Below are positions 1 through 10,073 of a DNA stretch of 64,000 bases, in pieces. The translations under genes were made by a program, and so were the position numbers. Below the pieces are notes generated by a model that searched no databases, was not told the origin of the DNA, and saw only the letters and a list, made by a program, of their open reading frames with translations. The stretch lies in assembly GCA_037924335.1 (NCBI GenBank), contig JAXSMZ010000004.1, positions 1-64,000 of the forward strand, read 5' to 3'. The DNA comes from Aquificaceae bacterium. Lineage in GTDB: Bacteria; Aquificota; Aquificia; Aquificales; Aquificaceae. Each line of letters starts with the position of its first letter. Position 1 is the stretch's first letter.

Positions 1-90
1 GTTCTTATGCGGTTCACAAGGGAGTCTATAGTCTCCTTGCCTGCGAAACCTCATCCTGTGGAATATTTTTCTATGGGATGAGGAACTATA
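1..90 (+). mobile_element. 3' end (structured RNA / right end) of a TnpB-derived element, family A, truncated by the window start
   Basis: Near-identical to 55218-55300 and to the reverse complement of 18952-19025. Two hairpins (CAAGGGAG..CTCCTTG; CCTCATCCTGTGGAA..TTCTATGGGATGAGG) and an AACTAT end. Confidence 0.75.
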
Positions 91-149
91 TCTTTCTCCA
101 AAAACTCGCATTAAAATAGTCCAGAACAGGTGATCATAGGAGGTGCGCA

Positions 150-908
150 ATGACTGCCAAGCTGATATTTAGCACACCAAACCATAAGGTAGCCTTTTTT
201 GAAGAGTTAACTCCAGCAAGTGCAGTACAGGCAAACCAGTACGTCATAATCCATAAAGGTGAGGGTGTAATGCTAGACCCAGGGGGCCATAAGGTTTTCC
301 CAAAGCTTCTATCGGACATATCAGTTCTGATACCACCAAACGACATAAAGTACATACTCCTATCCCATCAGGACCCAGACATAGTTGCATCCATAAATGG
401 CTGGCTCATGACCACAAAAGCAATTGCTTACATATCCAAGCTCTGGACGAGGTTTTTGCCTCACTTTGGGCTGGACTCTCAGCTGGAGGATAGGGTAATT
501 CCTATAGATGACAATGGCACAAAGCTAAAGCTAAACGACTGCGAGCTTTTAATACTCCCAGCTCATTTTCTTCACTCTCCCGGAAACTTCCAAGTTTACG
601 ACCCATGCTCAAAAATACTCTTCTCAGGAGACCTTGGAGCATCTTTAGGACAGGACTACTTCTTCGTTGAAGACTTTGAATCCCATATAAAGTACATGGA
701 AGGCTTTCACAGAAGGTACATGGCGAGCAACAAGATATTAAGGTTCTGGGTAAACATGGTAAGACAGCTTGATATAGAAACAATTGCTCCACAGCATGGG
801 GCCATCTTCAAAGGAAAGGATATGGTAGAGAAATTTTACAGCTGGCTTGAGAACCTGGATGTGGGCGTGGACCTGATAACTCAGGACAGGTATAAAATAC
901 CTGTATGA
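150..908 (+). CDS. MBL-fold di-iron protein (ODP/FprA-like lactamase domain without flavodoxin)
   Basis: SHQDPD, AHFLHSPGN, SGD and PQHG motifs; AGGAGG RBS. Confidence 0.8.
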   Translation: MTAKLIFSTPNHKVAFFEELTPASAVQANQYVIIHKGEGVMLDPGGHKVFPKLLSDISVLIPPNDIKYILLSHQDPDIVASINGWLMTTKAIAYISKLWTRFLPHFGLDSQLEDRVIPIDDNGTKLKLNDCELLILPAHFLHSPGNFQVYDPCSKILFSGDLGASLGQDYFFVEDFESHIKYMEGFHRRYMASNKILRFWVNMVRQLDIETIAPQHGAIFKGKDMVEKFYSWLENLDVGVDLITQDRYKIPV

Positions 909-1117
909 AGGGCAAAGACTTCTTAGCTCTGAGCGTTGCCTTTAACATAGCTGGAGGGGTCTTGGCAGGACTCTTGCTAGGCTATGCCTTTGATAGGTGG
1001 TTTATGGAAGGGGTCTTCAAGACTAAAACTTTTCCCATTGGTCTCATCTTCTTCTTCTTACTGGGTATAGTCTCTGGCTTTTGGAATGCGTACAAAGACT
1101 TAAAAAGGTTACAATGA
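905..1117 (+). CDS. AtpZ/AtpI-family small membrane protein
   Basis: 70 aa, two TM helices, G..LGY..D.W pattern; ATGA-coupled to the upstream gene. Confidence 0.7.
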   Translation: MKGKDFLALSVAFNIAGGVLAGLLLGYAFDRWFMEGVFKTKTFPIGLIFFFLLGIVSGFWNAYKDLKRLQ

Positions 1118-1656
1118 TAAACTACTGGACAAAGAAGCTAAAAAGGGTTGGTGCCTTGCTCTTCCAAGAGGGGCTCGTAGATGCTAGAGCTGGCAATCTG
1201 TCTGTTAAAGTGGGGCAAAGGATGATAATAACAAGGGCTGGGTCACACCTTGGCCTCTTAACGGAACAAAGCTTTATACTTTTAGACATAGACAGAGAGG
1301 GTATTCTGGATGAAAGGGCATCATCGGAGCTTCCTGTCCATAGGGTGATATACAAAAGAACATCAAAGAGATCCGTAGCTCATGCCCATCCACCAAGGGC
1401 TGTTGCCATATCTTTTGAGGTGGAAAGGATAGTTCCAAAGGATTCTGAGGGGAAATATCTTTTGGGTGAGGTGCAGGTCATCCCTGACATGCCTTCTGGT
1501 AGCTTGGAACTCGCCAGAGAAGTCTCAAAGGTTTTAAAGACTAAAAGGCTTGTTGTGGTAAGGGGTCATGGTGTCTTTTCTGCTGACGAAGACCCTTTTT
1601 ATGCTTACAGTCATATATCCGTGCTTGAATATTCTTGTAAAATACTCTTGGGATGA
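1114..1656 (+). CDS. Class II aldolase/adducin family protein (FucA-like)
   Basis: GNLS, ASSE..VH, HAHP and RGHG motifs; start moved to the ATGA-coupled ATG at 1114. Confidence 0.85.
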   Translation: MINYWTKKLKRVGALLFQEGLVDARAGNLSVKVGQRMIITRAGSHLGLLTEQSFILLDIDREGILDERASSELPVHRVIYKRTSKRSVAHAHPPRAVAISFEVERIVPKDSEGKYLLGEVQVIPDMPSGSLELAREVSKVLKTKRLVVVRGHGVFSADEDPFYAYSHISVLEYSCKILLG

Positions 1657-2096
1657 GTGAGGTCTACAGGGGTTGTAGAATACCATCTGAGCTCTATTAC
1701 GATATAGAGAATCAAGTGTGGTACAAGTTGGAAGAGGATGGCACTGTTAGGATAGGAGCTACAGATGTTGGGCAAACAAGGGCTGGGAAGATGGTCAACG
1801 TGAGGATAAAGCCAGTTGGTAAGCATGTACCAAAGGGCAAACCCGTAGCAAGCTTGGAAAGTGGCAAATGGACTGGTCCTGTCCCAGCAGTTATTGAAGG
1901 AGAAGTTATAGAAAGGAATGAAGTCTTGTTTGACACTCCAGAGCTTATAAATGAGGAACCATATGGCGCCGGATGGATAGCAAGGGTCAAACCAATAAAC
2001 CTTGAGAGGGATATAAAAGACCTCATTACTGGGAATGAAGCCATAAGGAGGATGAAGGAGTACATAGACAGAGAGTCTGTAGAGTGTAAGGGTTAA
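1653..2096 (+). CDS. GcvH-like lipoyl carrier, probably LbpA-type
   Basis: Lipoyl-Lys motif LESGKWTG, NEEPYGAGW, Cys near both termini. Confidence 0.8.
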   Translation: MSEVYRGCRIPSELYYDIENQVWYKLEEDGTVRIGATDVGQTRAGKMVNVRIKPVGKHVPKGKPVASLESGKWTGPVPAVIEGEVIERNEVLFDTPELINEEPYGAGWIARVKPINLERDIKDLITGNEAIRRMKEYIDRESVECKG

Positions 2097-2100
2097 TCCT

Positions 2101-2321
2101 GTGAACTACTCCATCTTATAGAAGATGGAGCTTCCTGCTTCATAGAGGCTTTTCACCTCTCCACAGGCTTAAGTTCGGGTAGTTCCTACCCTACCACCCG
2201 TTAGGTGGGTGAGCCCACTTTGGTTTTCAGAGCTACAAATAATTATAGACTGACATATGAACTTTGTCAAGTTTTTGCAATTCATCTCCACCCTATAGAG
2301 GATGGAGACTTCTTGCAAGAT
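2101..2321 (-). mobile_element. Non-autonomous IS200/IS605-type element: left-end hairpin, promoter, TnpB omegaRNA-like scaffold and right end, no ORF
   Basis: Minus strand: left end GAAGTCTCCATCCTCTATAGGGTGGAGA; scaffold GGGTAGGAACTACCCGAA..AAGCCTGTGGAG..GAAGCAGGAAG; right-end hairpin CTCCATCTT..AAGATGGAG then TAGTTCAC. Confidence 0.8.
2242..2270 (-). promoter_or_regulatory. Consensus sigma70 promoter inside the mini-element
   Basis: TTGACA(2270-2265)-17 bp-TATAAT(2247-2242) on the minus strand. Confidence 0.85.
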
Positions 2322-3668
2322 TTATGTTAAAGCCTTATCCACAAGGGAAGGAATAAGAGGAAGCTCGTATTCAAAGATGGTCCTAACATCCAAAAGGATA
2401 CAATCATCCTTCACCCTACAAATTATAGGTGTTTCAAGACTTCTTAAGCGTCTCTCTATCTCTTGAACGCTAAAGTTTTTGTGTTTCAACGCTACACAGT
2501 AGGTCTCAAGAGTTAACTGAGGAAGTGAACCACCTCCACATTTAGAGAATTCCTTTAAAACCTTTACCTCCAAGCTCTGAATCTTCTTCAATAAGTTCAT
2601 CAACCTTTTAGCCTTCTTCTTTAACTCCCAAGGTTCATAGGTTAGCATTCTTACTATGGGTATCTGTGTGTACCTTTCCTCTATATAAAGCCTTAGAGTC
2701 ATCTCAAGGGCTGCAAGCGTCATCTTGTCCACTCTCAGAATTCTGCTCAGCGGGTTTTTCTTCATAGCTTCTACAAGCTCTTTTTTACCCACTATTATGC
2801 CAGCCTGCGGTCCCCCAAGCAGTTTATCCCCGCTTCCCGATATTACGCTTATCCCTCTGCTGATATAGCTCCTAATGTCTGGTTCATCTGAGTTTATTCC
2901 AAACCTCCTTAGGTCTATAACAAGTCCACTGCCAGCATCGTAGTAAACTGGGATACCAAACTTTAAAAGCTCCTCAGGCTTGACATCTTCAACAAAACCC
3001 TCCATGTAAAAGTTGCTCCTGTGAACCTTCATAATAAGGCTTGTGTTCTCCGTTATAGCTTTTTCATAGTCAGAAAGCTTGGTTTTGTTGGTCGTACCTA
3101 CCTCAACAAGCTTAGCTCCTGATTCTCTCATTATATCTGGTATACGGAAGCCTCCTCCAATTTCTACAAGCTCACCCCTTGATACTATAACCTCCCTACC
3201 TTTGGCAATGGTGTTGAGAACTAAAAAAACCGCAGCGGCGTTGTTGTTTACTACAAAGGCTGATTCACATCCTGTCAATCTTTTTAAGTAGTCTTCAACA
3301 ATTTCAGACCTTGATCCCCTTTTCCCCTCCAGAAGGTTATACTCTAAGTTAGAATAGCTCTTTGCTATATCTTTGACAAACTCTGCCGCACTGTCAGATA
3401 TGGGAGCCCTTCCCAGGTTTGTGTTTATAACGACACCCGTAGCGTTTATAACCTTTCTCAGCTTGGTGTTTATCCTCCTTTTCACTTCGGCTTCTATAAG
3501 GATTTCAAGGTCTTTCAGGCTACTCCTTCTTCCTTCTTTGACCTCTTGCCTAACCCTGCTGAGAGTATCCCTTATGGCTTCCTTAAGATAAGCCTCTGGA
3601 TATTTTTCCTTGTACCTTTCAAGGAGTTTGGATACCTGTGGCAAACTTTTCAGCAGGTCGTATCTCAT
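2322..3668 (-). CDS. selA: L-seryl-tRNA(Sec) selenium transferase
   Basis: INATGVVINTNLGRAP, SRGELVEIGG and SGDKLLGGPQAG motifs. Confidence 0.97.
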   Translation of the reverse strand: MRYDLLKSLPQVSKLLERYKEKYPEAYLKEAIRDTLSRVRQEVKEGRRSSLKDLEILIEAEVKRRINTKLRKVINATGVVINTNLGRAPISDSAAEFVKDIAKSYSNLEYNLLEGKRGSRSEIVEDYLKRLTGCESAFVVNNNAAAVFLVLNTIAKGREVIVSRGELVEIGGGFRIPDIMRESGAKLVEVGTTNKTKLSDYEKAITENTSLIMKVHRSNFYMEGFVEDVKPEELLKFGIPVYYDAGSGLVIDLRRFGINSDEPDIRSYISRGISVISGSGDKLLGGPQAGIIVGKKELVEAMKKNPLSRILRVDKMTLAALEMTLRLYIEERYTQIPIVRMLTYEPWELKKKAKRLMNLLKKIQSLEVKVLKEFSKCGGGSLPQLTLETYCVALKHKNFSVQEIERRLRSLETPIICRVKDDCILLDVRTIFEYELPLIPSLVDKALT

Positions 3669-5389
3669 CTGATAAATCTTCTCACATCACCTTCTCTAAC
3701 AGTCATACCAATCCTATCTATGTGCTCTAGTAAGGGGATAAGGTACTTCCTTGTAAGCTTAAGTTTTTCCTTTGCTTGCTGTAATGTAAACACTTTCCCT
3801 ATACTTCTCAGTTCTTCTACGTATCTCCCAAAGAGTTCACTCTTCAGATAAAGGAAGTTTCCTATGCTCAGTATATACCCTCTCTTTATTGCAAGTATTA
3901 GAAGACCCCTGAAGGCTTCAAGCTCCTTCTCCTCCTTTATGCTCTCTCCCATAAAGTCCATAAGCTTTTTAAAATCTTCCAAATCCTCAATTTTTGCCTT
4001 TCTCTCATCAATTAGAAAGCCTTCTAAGACTGCGTATCCTTTCAGCTCACTCAGAAGGCTCTTTGTAACCTCCTCGCTTATTTTAAGCATTCCTCTCAGC
4101 TTAGAAAGCTCTATAATGCCGTTGGTCTTATCAAGCGTGACTTTTATGCTCTCCTTTATATCCTTAAGAACCTCTGTGGAGTAAATTCTGTTTCCTATTC
4201 TAAAACCGCTTAAAGATTGAGGATTTAAGGGTTTACCAAAAGAAGAGTTTATGCATCTTATTTCTACCCCGTCCTTTCCCCATTCGAAAAGCTGGTAGAC
4301 TATAAGGTCTTCCTTTAGAATGGATAAGCCCTCTCTTAAAAACCTTTTGGAGAGCCTTCTTGGGTTTGGATGTAGGACTTTGTAGCTTCCTACGTACTTA
4401 CCAGATGTGCTAAGAATGGGTCCCCTATCCCCCCTTATACACAGAACTGGTTGAGATAATCTCAAAATGTAGCAGTTGTCTTCTACCTGCTTTGGTACTG
4501 TAGAAACTTCTCTCATACCAAAGAATGCAAGGTACTCTCTACCAGGAAGGATGCCTTCAGCTTGAACTATGACAGCCCTTGTCTTTGTAAAATCCCACTT
4601 TTTTGTTAACCAGTATCCCCTTTCGACCGATCTCCAGTCTACTTCTGGAAGGTTTATGGCAAGCCTCTCTCCAGCCCTCCCTTCCTTTACAAACTTCCCA
4701 TGATTCTGTATCTTCCTAACTTTACCCTCCAAGCCTATTGGCTCTACAGTTAGAGTGTCCCCCTCCCTTACAAGGCCCGATACGCAACTCCCCCTTATGA
4801 CAGTCCCATAACCTTTCACATGGAAAGCTGAGTCTATGTTCAGCTTAAAGAAGGCATCGTAAGGTGGGAAGCTTATGTGCTTTATGTAATTCTCTATACC
4901 TGCCTTGAGCTCCTCAAGTCCGACCCCATCTACGACGGATACACAGAAAGACCCGTAACATTGAATGCCCTCCTTCCTCAAAAACTCATTAACTTCTTCC
5001 ATGACAAGCCTTCTTATCTCATCCTCAACCTTATCTATCTTTGTTATTACCACTACAGTGTGGTCTAAACCAAAGCTCTTCATAAGCTTTAGATGCTCCA
5101 CTGTTTGCGGCATTATGCCTTCATTTGCATCCACCACAAGTATAACCCCTTGCACGCTGGAGAGACCAGCTATGGCATTCTTTATGAACCTTTCATGCCC
5201 CGGTATATCTATTATCTCTACTCTAACGTCCATGTTAGGATAGTCTATAAAGGCGAATCCTATGTCTATGCTCATCTCCCTCTTCTTTTCCTCTGGTAGT
5301 CTATCGGTATCTACACCTGTGAGTGCCCTTATAAGGGATGTTTTACCATGGTCTACATGGCCAGCTGTTGATAGGGTTACATACTTCAT
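3665..5389 (-). CDS. selB: Selenocysteine-specific elongation factor
   Basis: [14 protein letters not shown] and TKID GTPase motifs; C-terminal winged helix [10 protein letters not shown]; adjacent to selA. Confidence 0.96.
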   Translation of the reverse strand: MKYVTLSTAGHVDHGKTSLIRALTGVDTDRLPEEKKREMSIDIGFAFIDYPNMDVRVEIIDIPGHERFIKNAIAGLSSVQGVILVVDANEGIMPQTVEHLKLMKSFGLDHTVVVITKIDKVEDEIRRLVMEEVNEFLRKEGIQCYGSFCVSVVDGVGLEELKAGIENYIKHISFPPYDAFFKLNIDSAFHVKGYGTVIRGSCVSGLVREGDTLTVEPIGLEGKVRKIQNHGKFVKEGRAGERLAINLPEVDWRSVERGYWLTKKWDFTKTRAVIVQAEGILPGREYLAFFGMREVSTVPKQVEDNCYILRLSQPVLCIRGDRGPILSTSGKYVGSYKVLHPNPRRLSKRFLREGLSILKEDLIVYQLFEWGKDGVEIRCINSSFGKPLNPQSLSGFRIGNRIYSTEVLKDIKESIKVTLDKTNGIIELSKLRGMLKISEEVTKSLLSELKGYAVLEGFLIDERKAKIEDLEDFKKLMDFMGESIKEEKELEAFRGLLILAIKRGYILSIGNFLYLKSELFGRYVEELRSIGKVFTLQQAKEKLKLTRKYLIPLLEHIDRIGMTVREGDVRRFIR

Positions 5390-5404
5390 ACAATTTAAAT
5401 TAAC

Positions 5405-6661
5405 CTAAATTACATAAACCCGGTACTCTTCTTTTTTCAAGCCTTTTAGCCCATCCGGAAGGGTATCTATCTCAGATAGAAACATGTCCCTTATTTCCTT
5501 TAGGCTTGGTAAAGCCTTCTTTAAGCTGCCCCCCTCACAGAAAAGCTCAACAAGACCACCCTCTTTGTATCTGACAACCTCATCATGATCCATTTTTCCA
5601 TCCTTGTAGTACCTTATGACCTGCCTCTTGTAGGGAAAGGTAGCCTTCCCAGTGCTCAGCTTAAACTTAGGTTTTCCTTCGTATTCAACGAGCTTATAGG
5701 CTATGTCAAGATAAGGTGCATCTGAAGAAGTTATGAACTTTGTACCAACACCAAAAGCATCTATTGGACAACCGCAAGAGAGCCAATCTTCTATGCTATA
5801 CTCATCTACGCCACCGCTTACTATTATTTTTACATCCCTCAGCCCTTCTTTATCGAATATCTCTCTAACACCCATTGAGAGTTCTTTTATATCTCCGCTG
5901 TCCAGTCTAACCCCAACTACATTTACACCTTCTTTCATAAGTTTTGCCGCTTTTCTTGCACCCTCTAAGGTATCGTACGTATCTATCAGAAGTACAGCCC
6001 TACCTGGGAAGGAGCTGGCAAAGGCTCTGAATGCATCCTCTTCCTCTTCAAACACCATGACAAAGGAGTGAGCCATCGTACCAAACACTTTTATCCCAAA
6101 CTCTTTACCAGCTTGAAGGTTGGAAGTACCATCAAAGCCAGCTATATAGCTTGCCCTTGCTGCATAAAGCCCGGCTTCTGGCATGTGAGCCCTTCTTAGA
6201 CCAAAATCTATGAGTGATTTTCCCCTCGACACAAGAAAGCTTCTTGCAGCCTTTGATGCGGATAGTGTTTGAAAGTGTATGACATTTATAACGAGCGTCT
6301 CAAGAAGCTGAACTTCTGGTAAAGAACCCTCTATCTGAACTAATGGCTCGTTCTGAAACACTATCCTTCCCTCAGGTATGGCATAGACCCTTCCTCTAAA
6401 CTCATACTCTCTGAGATACTCAAGAACATTCTCTTTGAATATCCCTAAGCTTTTGAGATACTTTAGCTCTTCGTCCTCAAACCTGAACCTTTCAAGATAC
6501 TCTAAAAGGGTTTCAAGACCGCAGGACACTAAAAAATTTCTTTCTTCTGGAAGCTCTCTCACGAAGAGGCTAAAAACTGCATTTCCCAATTTTTGAGCGT
6601 CAATGTAGGCTTGGACCATGGTAAGTTCATAGAGGTCTGTTATCAGAGCCGTTGATTGCAT
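5405..6661 (-). CDS. pncB: Nicotinate phosphoribosyltransferase
   Basis: [24 protein letters not shown] and RLDSGD motifs. Confidence 0.95.
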   Translation of the reverse strand: MQSTALITDLYELTMVQAYIDAQKLGNAVFSLFVRELPEERNFLVSCGLETLLEYLERFRFEDEELKYLKSLGIFKENVLEYLREYEFRGRVYAIPEGRIVFQNEPLVQIEGSLPEVQLLETLVINVIHFQTLSASKAARSFLVSRGKSLIDFGLRRAHMPEAGLYAARASYIAGFDGTSNLQAGKEFGIKVFGTMAHSFVMVFEEEEDAFRAFASSFPGRAVLLIDTYDTLEGARKAAKLMKEGVNVVGVRLDSGDIKELSMGVREIFDKEGLRDVKIIVSGGVDEYSIEDWLSCGCPIDAFGVGTKFITSSDAPYLDIAYKLVEYEGKPKFKLSTGKATFPYKRQVIRYYKDGKMDHDEVVRYKEGGLVELFCEGGSLKKALPSLKEIRDMFLSEIDTLPDGLKGLKKEEYRVYVI

Positions 6662-6662
6662 A

Positions 6663-8621
6663 TCAGCCGTAGCTTGTCTCTTCTTCCTTTGGCTTTATCC
6701 TAAGGAGAGCATCTTCTGGTGTTACGTTGTCACCTGGTTTGACAAATATCCTTTTGACAACTCCGCTTATAGGTGCGTGTATTTCGTTCTCCATCTTCAT
6801 AGCTTCAACTATAACCACAGTCTGACCCTCTTTAACATCTTCACCCTCTTTTACCAAAACCCTGACAACCCTTCCTGGCATTGGAGCTGTTGCATCACCA
6901 GGTTCAGTAGCCTTTGGTATTCCCTTCTCTTCAGTTTGTATGGCAGAAGCTGGTGCTCCTCCCGCTGGCAAGGCTTCTACTAAAGGGGTAAGTTGAACCT
7001 CTTCCAGCCTTCCATCTACTCTTAGATAATACTTCCTTGGCTTTCTTGCTTCTTGGTATGCGCTGACCCCCTCTACTTTTACTTTGAACTTCTCGCCGTG
7101 ATAGACTATCTCAAACTCAACGGGTGCTGCACCTGGAACAACTCCAGGTTTTACTTCTGTGGCTTGTTCAAGCTCTTCAACAGGCTCTGGGTGGAGCTCT
7201 CCCTTCTCTCTTGCTATGAAGAAATCCTTTGCCTGCATGGGGAACAGGGCATAGAGGAGCGTCTCTTCATCGGAAGGTTCTCTCCCAAGCATGGAGCCTG
7301 TCTCTTTGTATGCCTTGTCCCAGTCCTCTGGGTCTGCAAGGTCTGCAGCCCTTATGGAAAAGTCTGGCTCCTTACTGGGACCCAATATCTTCTCTGCCAA
7401 CTCCTTTGAGATTGGGCCTGGTGGCCTTCCGTACTTGCCCTCCACATAATCCCTAACCTCCTTTGTTATCACCTTGTATCTCTCTCCAGATATGACGTTA
7501 AGAACAGCCTGAACACCCACTATCTGGGAAGAGGGGGTAAGGAGCGGTGGATGCCCTAAATCCTTTTCCACATGGGGGACCTCTTCCAAAGCTTCCTCCA
7601 TTTTATCCAAAGCGTTGGCCTCTATGAGCTGAGCCACCATGTTGGAGATCATTCCGCCGGGTATCTTGTGTATGAGTACTTTTGCGTTTACCCCAGCATA
7701 TTCTGTTTCGTACCTTTTATACTTTTTCCTTATGTTCTTTACTATCTCGGCAAGCTCATCAAGCTTCTTCATATCTATGCCCGTATCAAAGGGAGTTCCC
7801 TCCAGCATCGCAACCACAGACTCCGTAGCTGGATGGGAGGACCCAAAGGCAAGGGGGGAAAGGACAGTATCCAGCATATCAACACCAGCAAGAACAGCCA
7901 TCATATGGTTCACTATGGCTGTACCACTCATGTCGTGGTTGTGAAGCAGTACGGGAAGCTTACCTCCTGTTGCTTCTTTTATGCCTTTTATGATGGCATA
8001 GGTTTCAAAGGGCATTATGATGCCAGTCGCATCTTTGAAGGATAGCCAATCTGCTCCCATCTGGGCTATTTCTAAGGCATACTCTATCCATTTTTGGTAT
8101 GTGTGTATGGGGCTTCTTGTGTAGCTTATCTCAGCATGTACCTCTCCACCAAACTCCTTTATAGCTTTTACGGGAATCTCTATGTTCCTGTTGTCATTCA
8201 GGGCATCAAACACCCTAAAGACCTGTATGCCGTTTTTTATAGCTCTCTCTACAAATTTATAAACCAGCTTGTCCGACTTGGGCCTGTATCCTACTATGTT
8301 CTGACCCCTGAAGAGCATCTGGAGCTTTGTTCTCGGCATAACCTCCTTTATGCGCTTTAGCCTCTCCCATGGGTCCTCCTTTAGGTACCTAAGGCAAACA
8401 TCGTAGGTGGCACCTCCCCAAACCTCTACAGCGTAAAAACCGACTTTGTCCATAGCTTCACACAAGGGCAAAAGGTCATCAGTTCTGACCCTTGTGGCAA
8501 GCTTACATTGCTGGCCATCTCTCGGCGTTAGGTCCGTTATGAGTATCTTCTTTTTAAACCCTTCCCTCTCAAACTCCTTCATCTTCTCTTTTATCTCTTC
8601 CATAATCTCAACAACGTGCAT
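6663..8621 (-). CDS. cfiA: 2-oxoglutarate carboxylase large subunit (carboxyltransferase plus biotinyl domain)
   Basis: RDGQQ, WGGATYD, HNH and EAMKM biotin motif; 652 aa; N-terminus resembles Hydrogenobacter CfiA as I recall it. Confidence 0.85.
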   Translation of the reverse strand: MHVVEIMEEIKEKMKEFEREGFKKKILITDLTPRDGQQCKLATRVRTDDLLPLCEAMDKVGFYAVEVWGGATYDVCLRYLKEDPWERLKRIKEVMPRTKLQMLFRGQNIVGYRPKSDKLVYKFVERAIKNGIQVFRVFDALNDNRNIEIPVKAIKEFGGEVHAEISYTRSPIHTYQKWIEYALEIAQMGADWLSFKDATGIIMPFETYAIIKGIKEATGGKLPVLLHNHDMSGTAIVNHMMAVLAGVDMLDTVLSPLAFGSSHPATESVVAMLEGTPFDTGIDMKKLDELAEIVKNIRKKYKRYETEYAGVNAKVLIHKIPGGMISNMVAQLIEANALDKMEEALEEVPHVEKDLGHPPLLTPSSQIVGVQAVLNVISGERYKVITKEVRDYVEGKYGRPPGPISKELAEKILGPSKEPDFSIRAADLADPEDWDKAYKETGSMLGREPSDEETLLYALFPMQAKDFFIAREKGELHPEPVEELEQATEVKPGVVPGAAPVEFEIVYHGEKFKVKVEGVSAYQEARKPRKYYLRVDGRLEEVQLTPLVEALPAGGAPASAIQTEEKGIPKATEPGDATAPMPGRVVRVLVKEGEDVKEGQTVVIVEAMKMENEIHAPISGVVKRIFVKPGDNVTPEDALLRIKPKEEETSYG

Positions 8622-8641
8622 ACCTTACCTCCTAATTTTTA

Positions 8642-10060
8642 TCAAAGTCCGTGATAGTTAGCTATGGCTGCAGATATCAAAGCAACAAAGTCCTCTTTAT
8701 CTCTATGCTCTGGATAGTCCAGCAGTCCTTGGTGTTCCTCAAGGTATTTGGTGGTGAACTTCCCACTTCTGAAATGGGAGTCTTTCATTATGTTTATCAG
8801 TAAGGGGATTGTGGTTTTTACACCAGTTATTTCATAAGTTTCAAGCGCAGCCTTCATTCTGTCCACGCAAACTTCCCAAAGGGGTGCCCATGCTATTAAC
8901 TTTGCTATGAGAGAATCGTAGTAGGGTGTTATCTCGTAACCCCTTGATGCTGCATGCTCAACTCTGATACCAAAACCACCAGGTGCGTAGTACCTTTCTA
9001 TTGTCCCAATGCTTGGAGCAAAGTTCTTCTTTGGGTCCTCTGCGTTTATCCTGCACTCTATGGAATAACCGCTTAGCTTTATGTCCTCTTGCCTGTATCT
9101 CAGCTTTTCTCCTGCTGCTATCCTTAGCTGCCACTTTACTATGTCAACACCCGTTACCATTTCTGTGACAGGATGTTCCACCTGAATTCTTGTGTTCATC
9201 TCTATAAAGTAAAGATTGCCCTTTTCATCGGCTATGAACTCCATAGTTCCAGCACTGTAATAGCCTATCTCCTTTGCCGCTTTTACTATTAGGCTTCCGT
9301 AATATTCCCTTTGCTTTTCTGTAAGCAACAAAGATGGTGCTATTTCTACAAGCTTTTGGTTTCTCCTCTGAATGGAACAATCCCTCTCGCCAAGGTGTAT
9401 GACGTTTCCATAAGTATCTCCTAAGACCTGAAACTCTATATGTTTTGGGTTCTCTATGTACTTTTCTAGAAGAAGGTCGCCCCTTCCAAAGGCCTTGGCA
9501 GCTTCATTGTAAGCGTTCTCATAATTTTTTACGAGTTCCTCCTCGTTTCTACATATCCTTATACCCCTTCCACCGCCACCGGCAGAAGCCTTTAGAAGCA
9601 CCGGATAGCCTATATCTTTTGCAATAAGCTTTGCCTCTTGCAGATCCTTCAAAACCCCATTGCTACCTGGCACTGTAGGCACTCCAGCCCTTTTCATAAC
9701 TTCCTTTGACCTTGCCTTGTCCCCCATAAGTTCTATAACCTTCCAATGGGGACCTATGAAGGTTATTCCCTTTTCCTCACAGAGCCTTGCAAAATGCTCG
9801 TTTTCAGCCAAAAAGCCGTATCCCGGATGTATGGCGTCGGCACCCACTTCGAGAGCTAAGTCCACTATCCTTTCCATGTTAAGATAAGTATCTAAGGGGT
9901 TAACACCTATCATATAAGCCTCGTCTGCCATCTTAACGTGTCTAGCCGTTGGCTCCACATCGGAGTATATACCTACCGTTTGTATGTTAAGCTCTTTGCA
10001 TGCTCTCATGATCCTGCAGGCTATCTCACCCCTATTTGCCACAAGCACTTTTTTAAACAT
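8642..10060 (-). CDS. cfiB: 2-oxoglutarate carboxylase small subunit (biotin carboxylase)
   Basis: ANRGEIA, GGGGRG, RDCSIQRR and EMNTRIQVEH motifs; adjacent to cfiA; MFKK start fits the GAGGAG RBS. Confidence 0.85.
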   Translation of the reverse strand: MFKKVLVANRGEIACRIMRACKELNIQTVGIYSDVEPTARHVKMADEAYMIGVNPLDTYLNMERIVDLALEVGADAIHPGYGFLAENEHFARLCEEKGITFIGPHWKVIELMGDKARSKEVMKRAGVPTVPGSNGVLKDLQEAKLIAKDIGYPVLLKASAGGGGRGIRICRNEEELVKNYENAYNEAAKAFGRGDLLLEKYIENPKHIEFQVLGDTYGNVIHLGERDCSIQRRNQKLVEIAPSLLLTEKQREYYGSLIVKAAKEIGYYSAGTMEFIADEKGNLYFIEMNTRIQVEHPVTEMVTGVDIVKWQLRIAAGEKLRYRQEDIKLSGYSIECRINAEDPKKNFAPSIGTIERYYAPGGFGIRVEHAASRGYEITPYYDSLIAKLIAWAPLWEVCVDRMKAALETYEITGVKTTIPLLINIMKDSHFRSGKFTTKYLEEHQGLLDYPEHRDKEDFVALISAAIANYHGL

Positions 10061-10073
10061 GCTTCTCATCTCC

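Noticed and set aside
2322..5389. Selenoprotein (UGA read-through) genes expected near selAB
   Set aside because: Likely candidates in the window (hydrogenase large subunit, OsmC, SorA, ArsR) have Cys and complete frames. I saw no convincing in-frame TGA, though no SECIS search was run.
6663..10060. Pyruvate carboxylase or oxaloacetate decarboxylase assignment
   Set aside because: The sequence and length fit the paralogous 2-oxoglutarate carboxylase better, and there are no oadB/oadG genes. A phylogeny would be needed to confirm.
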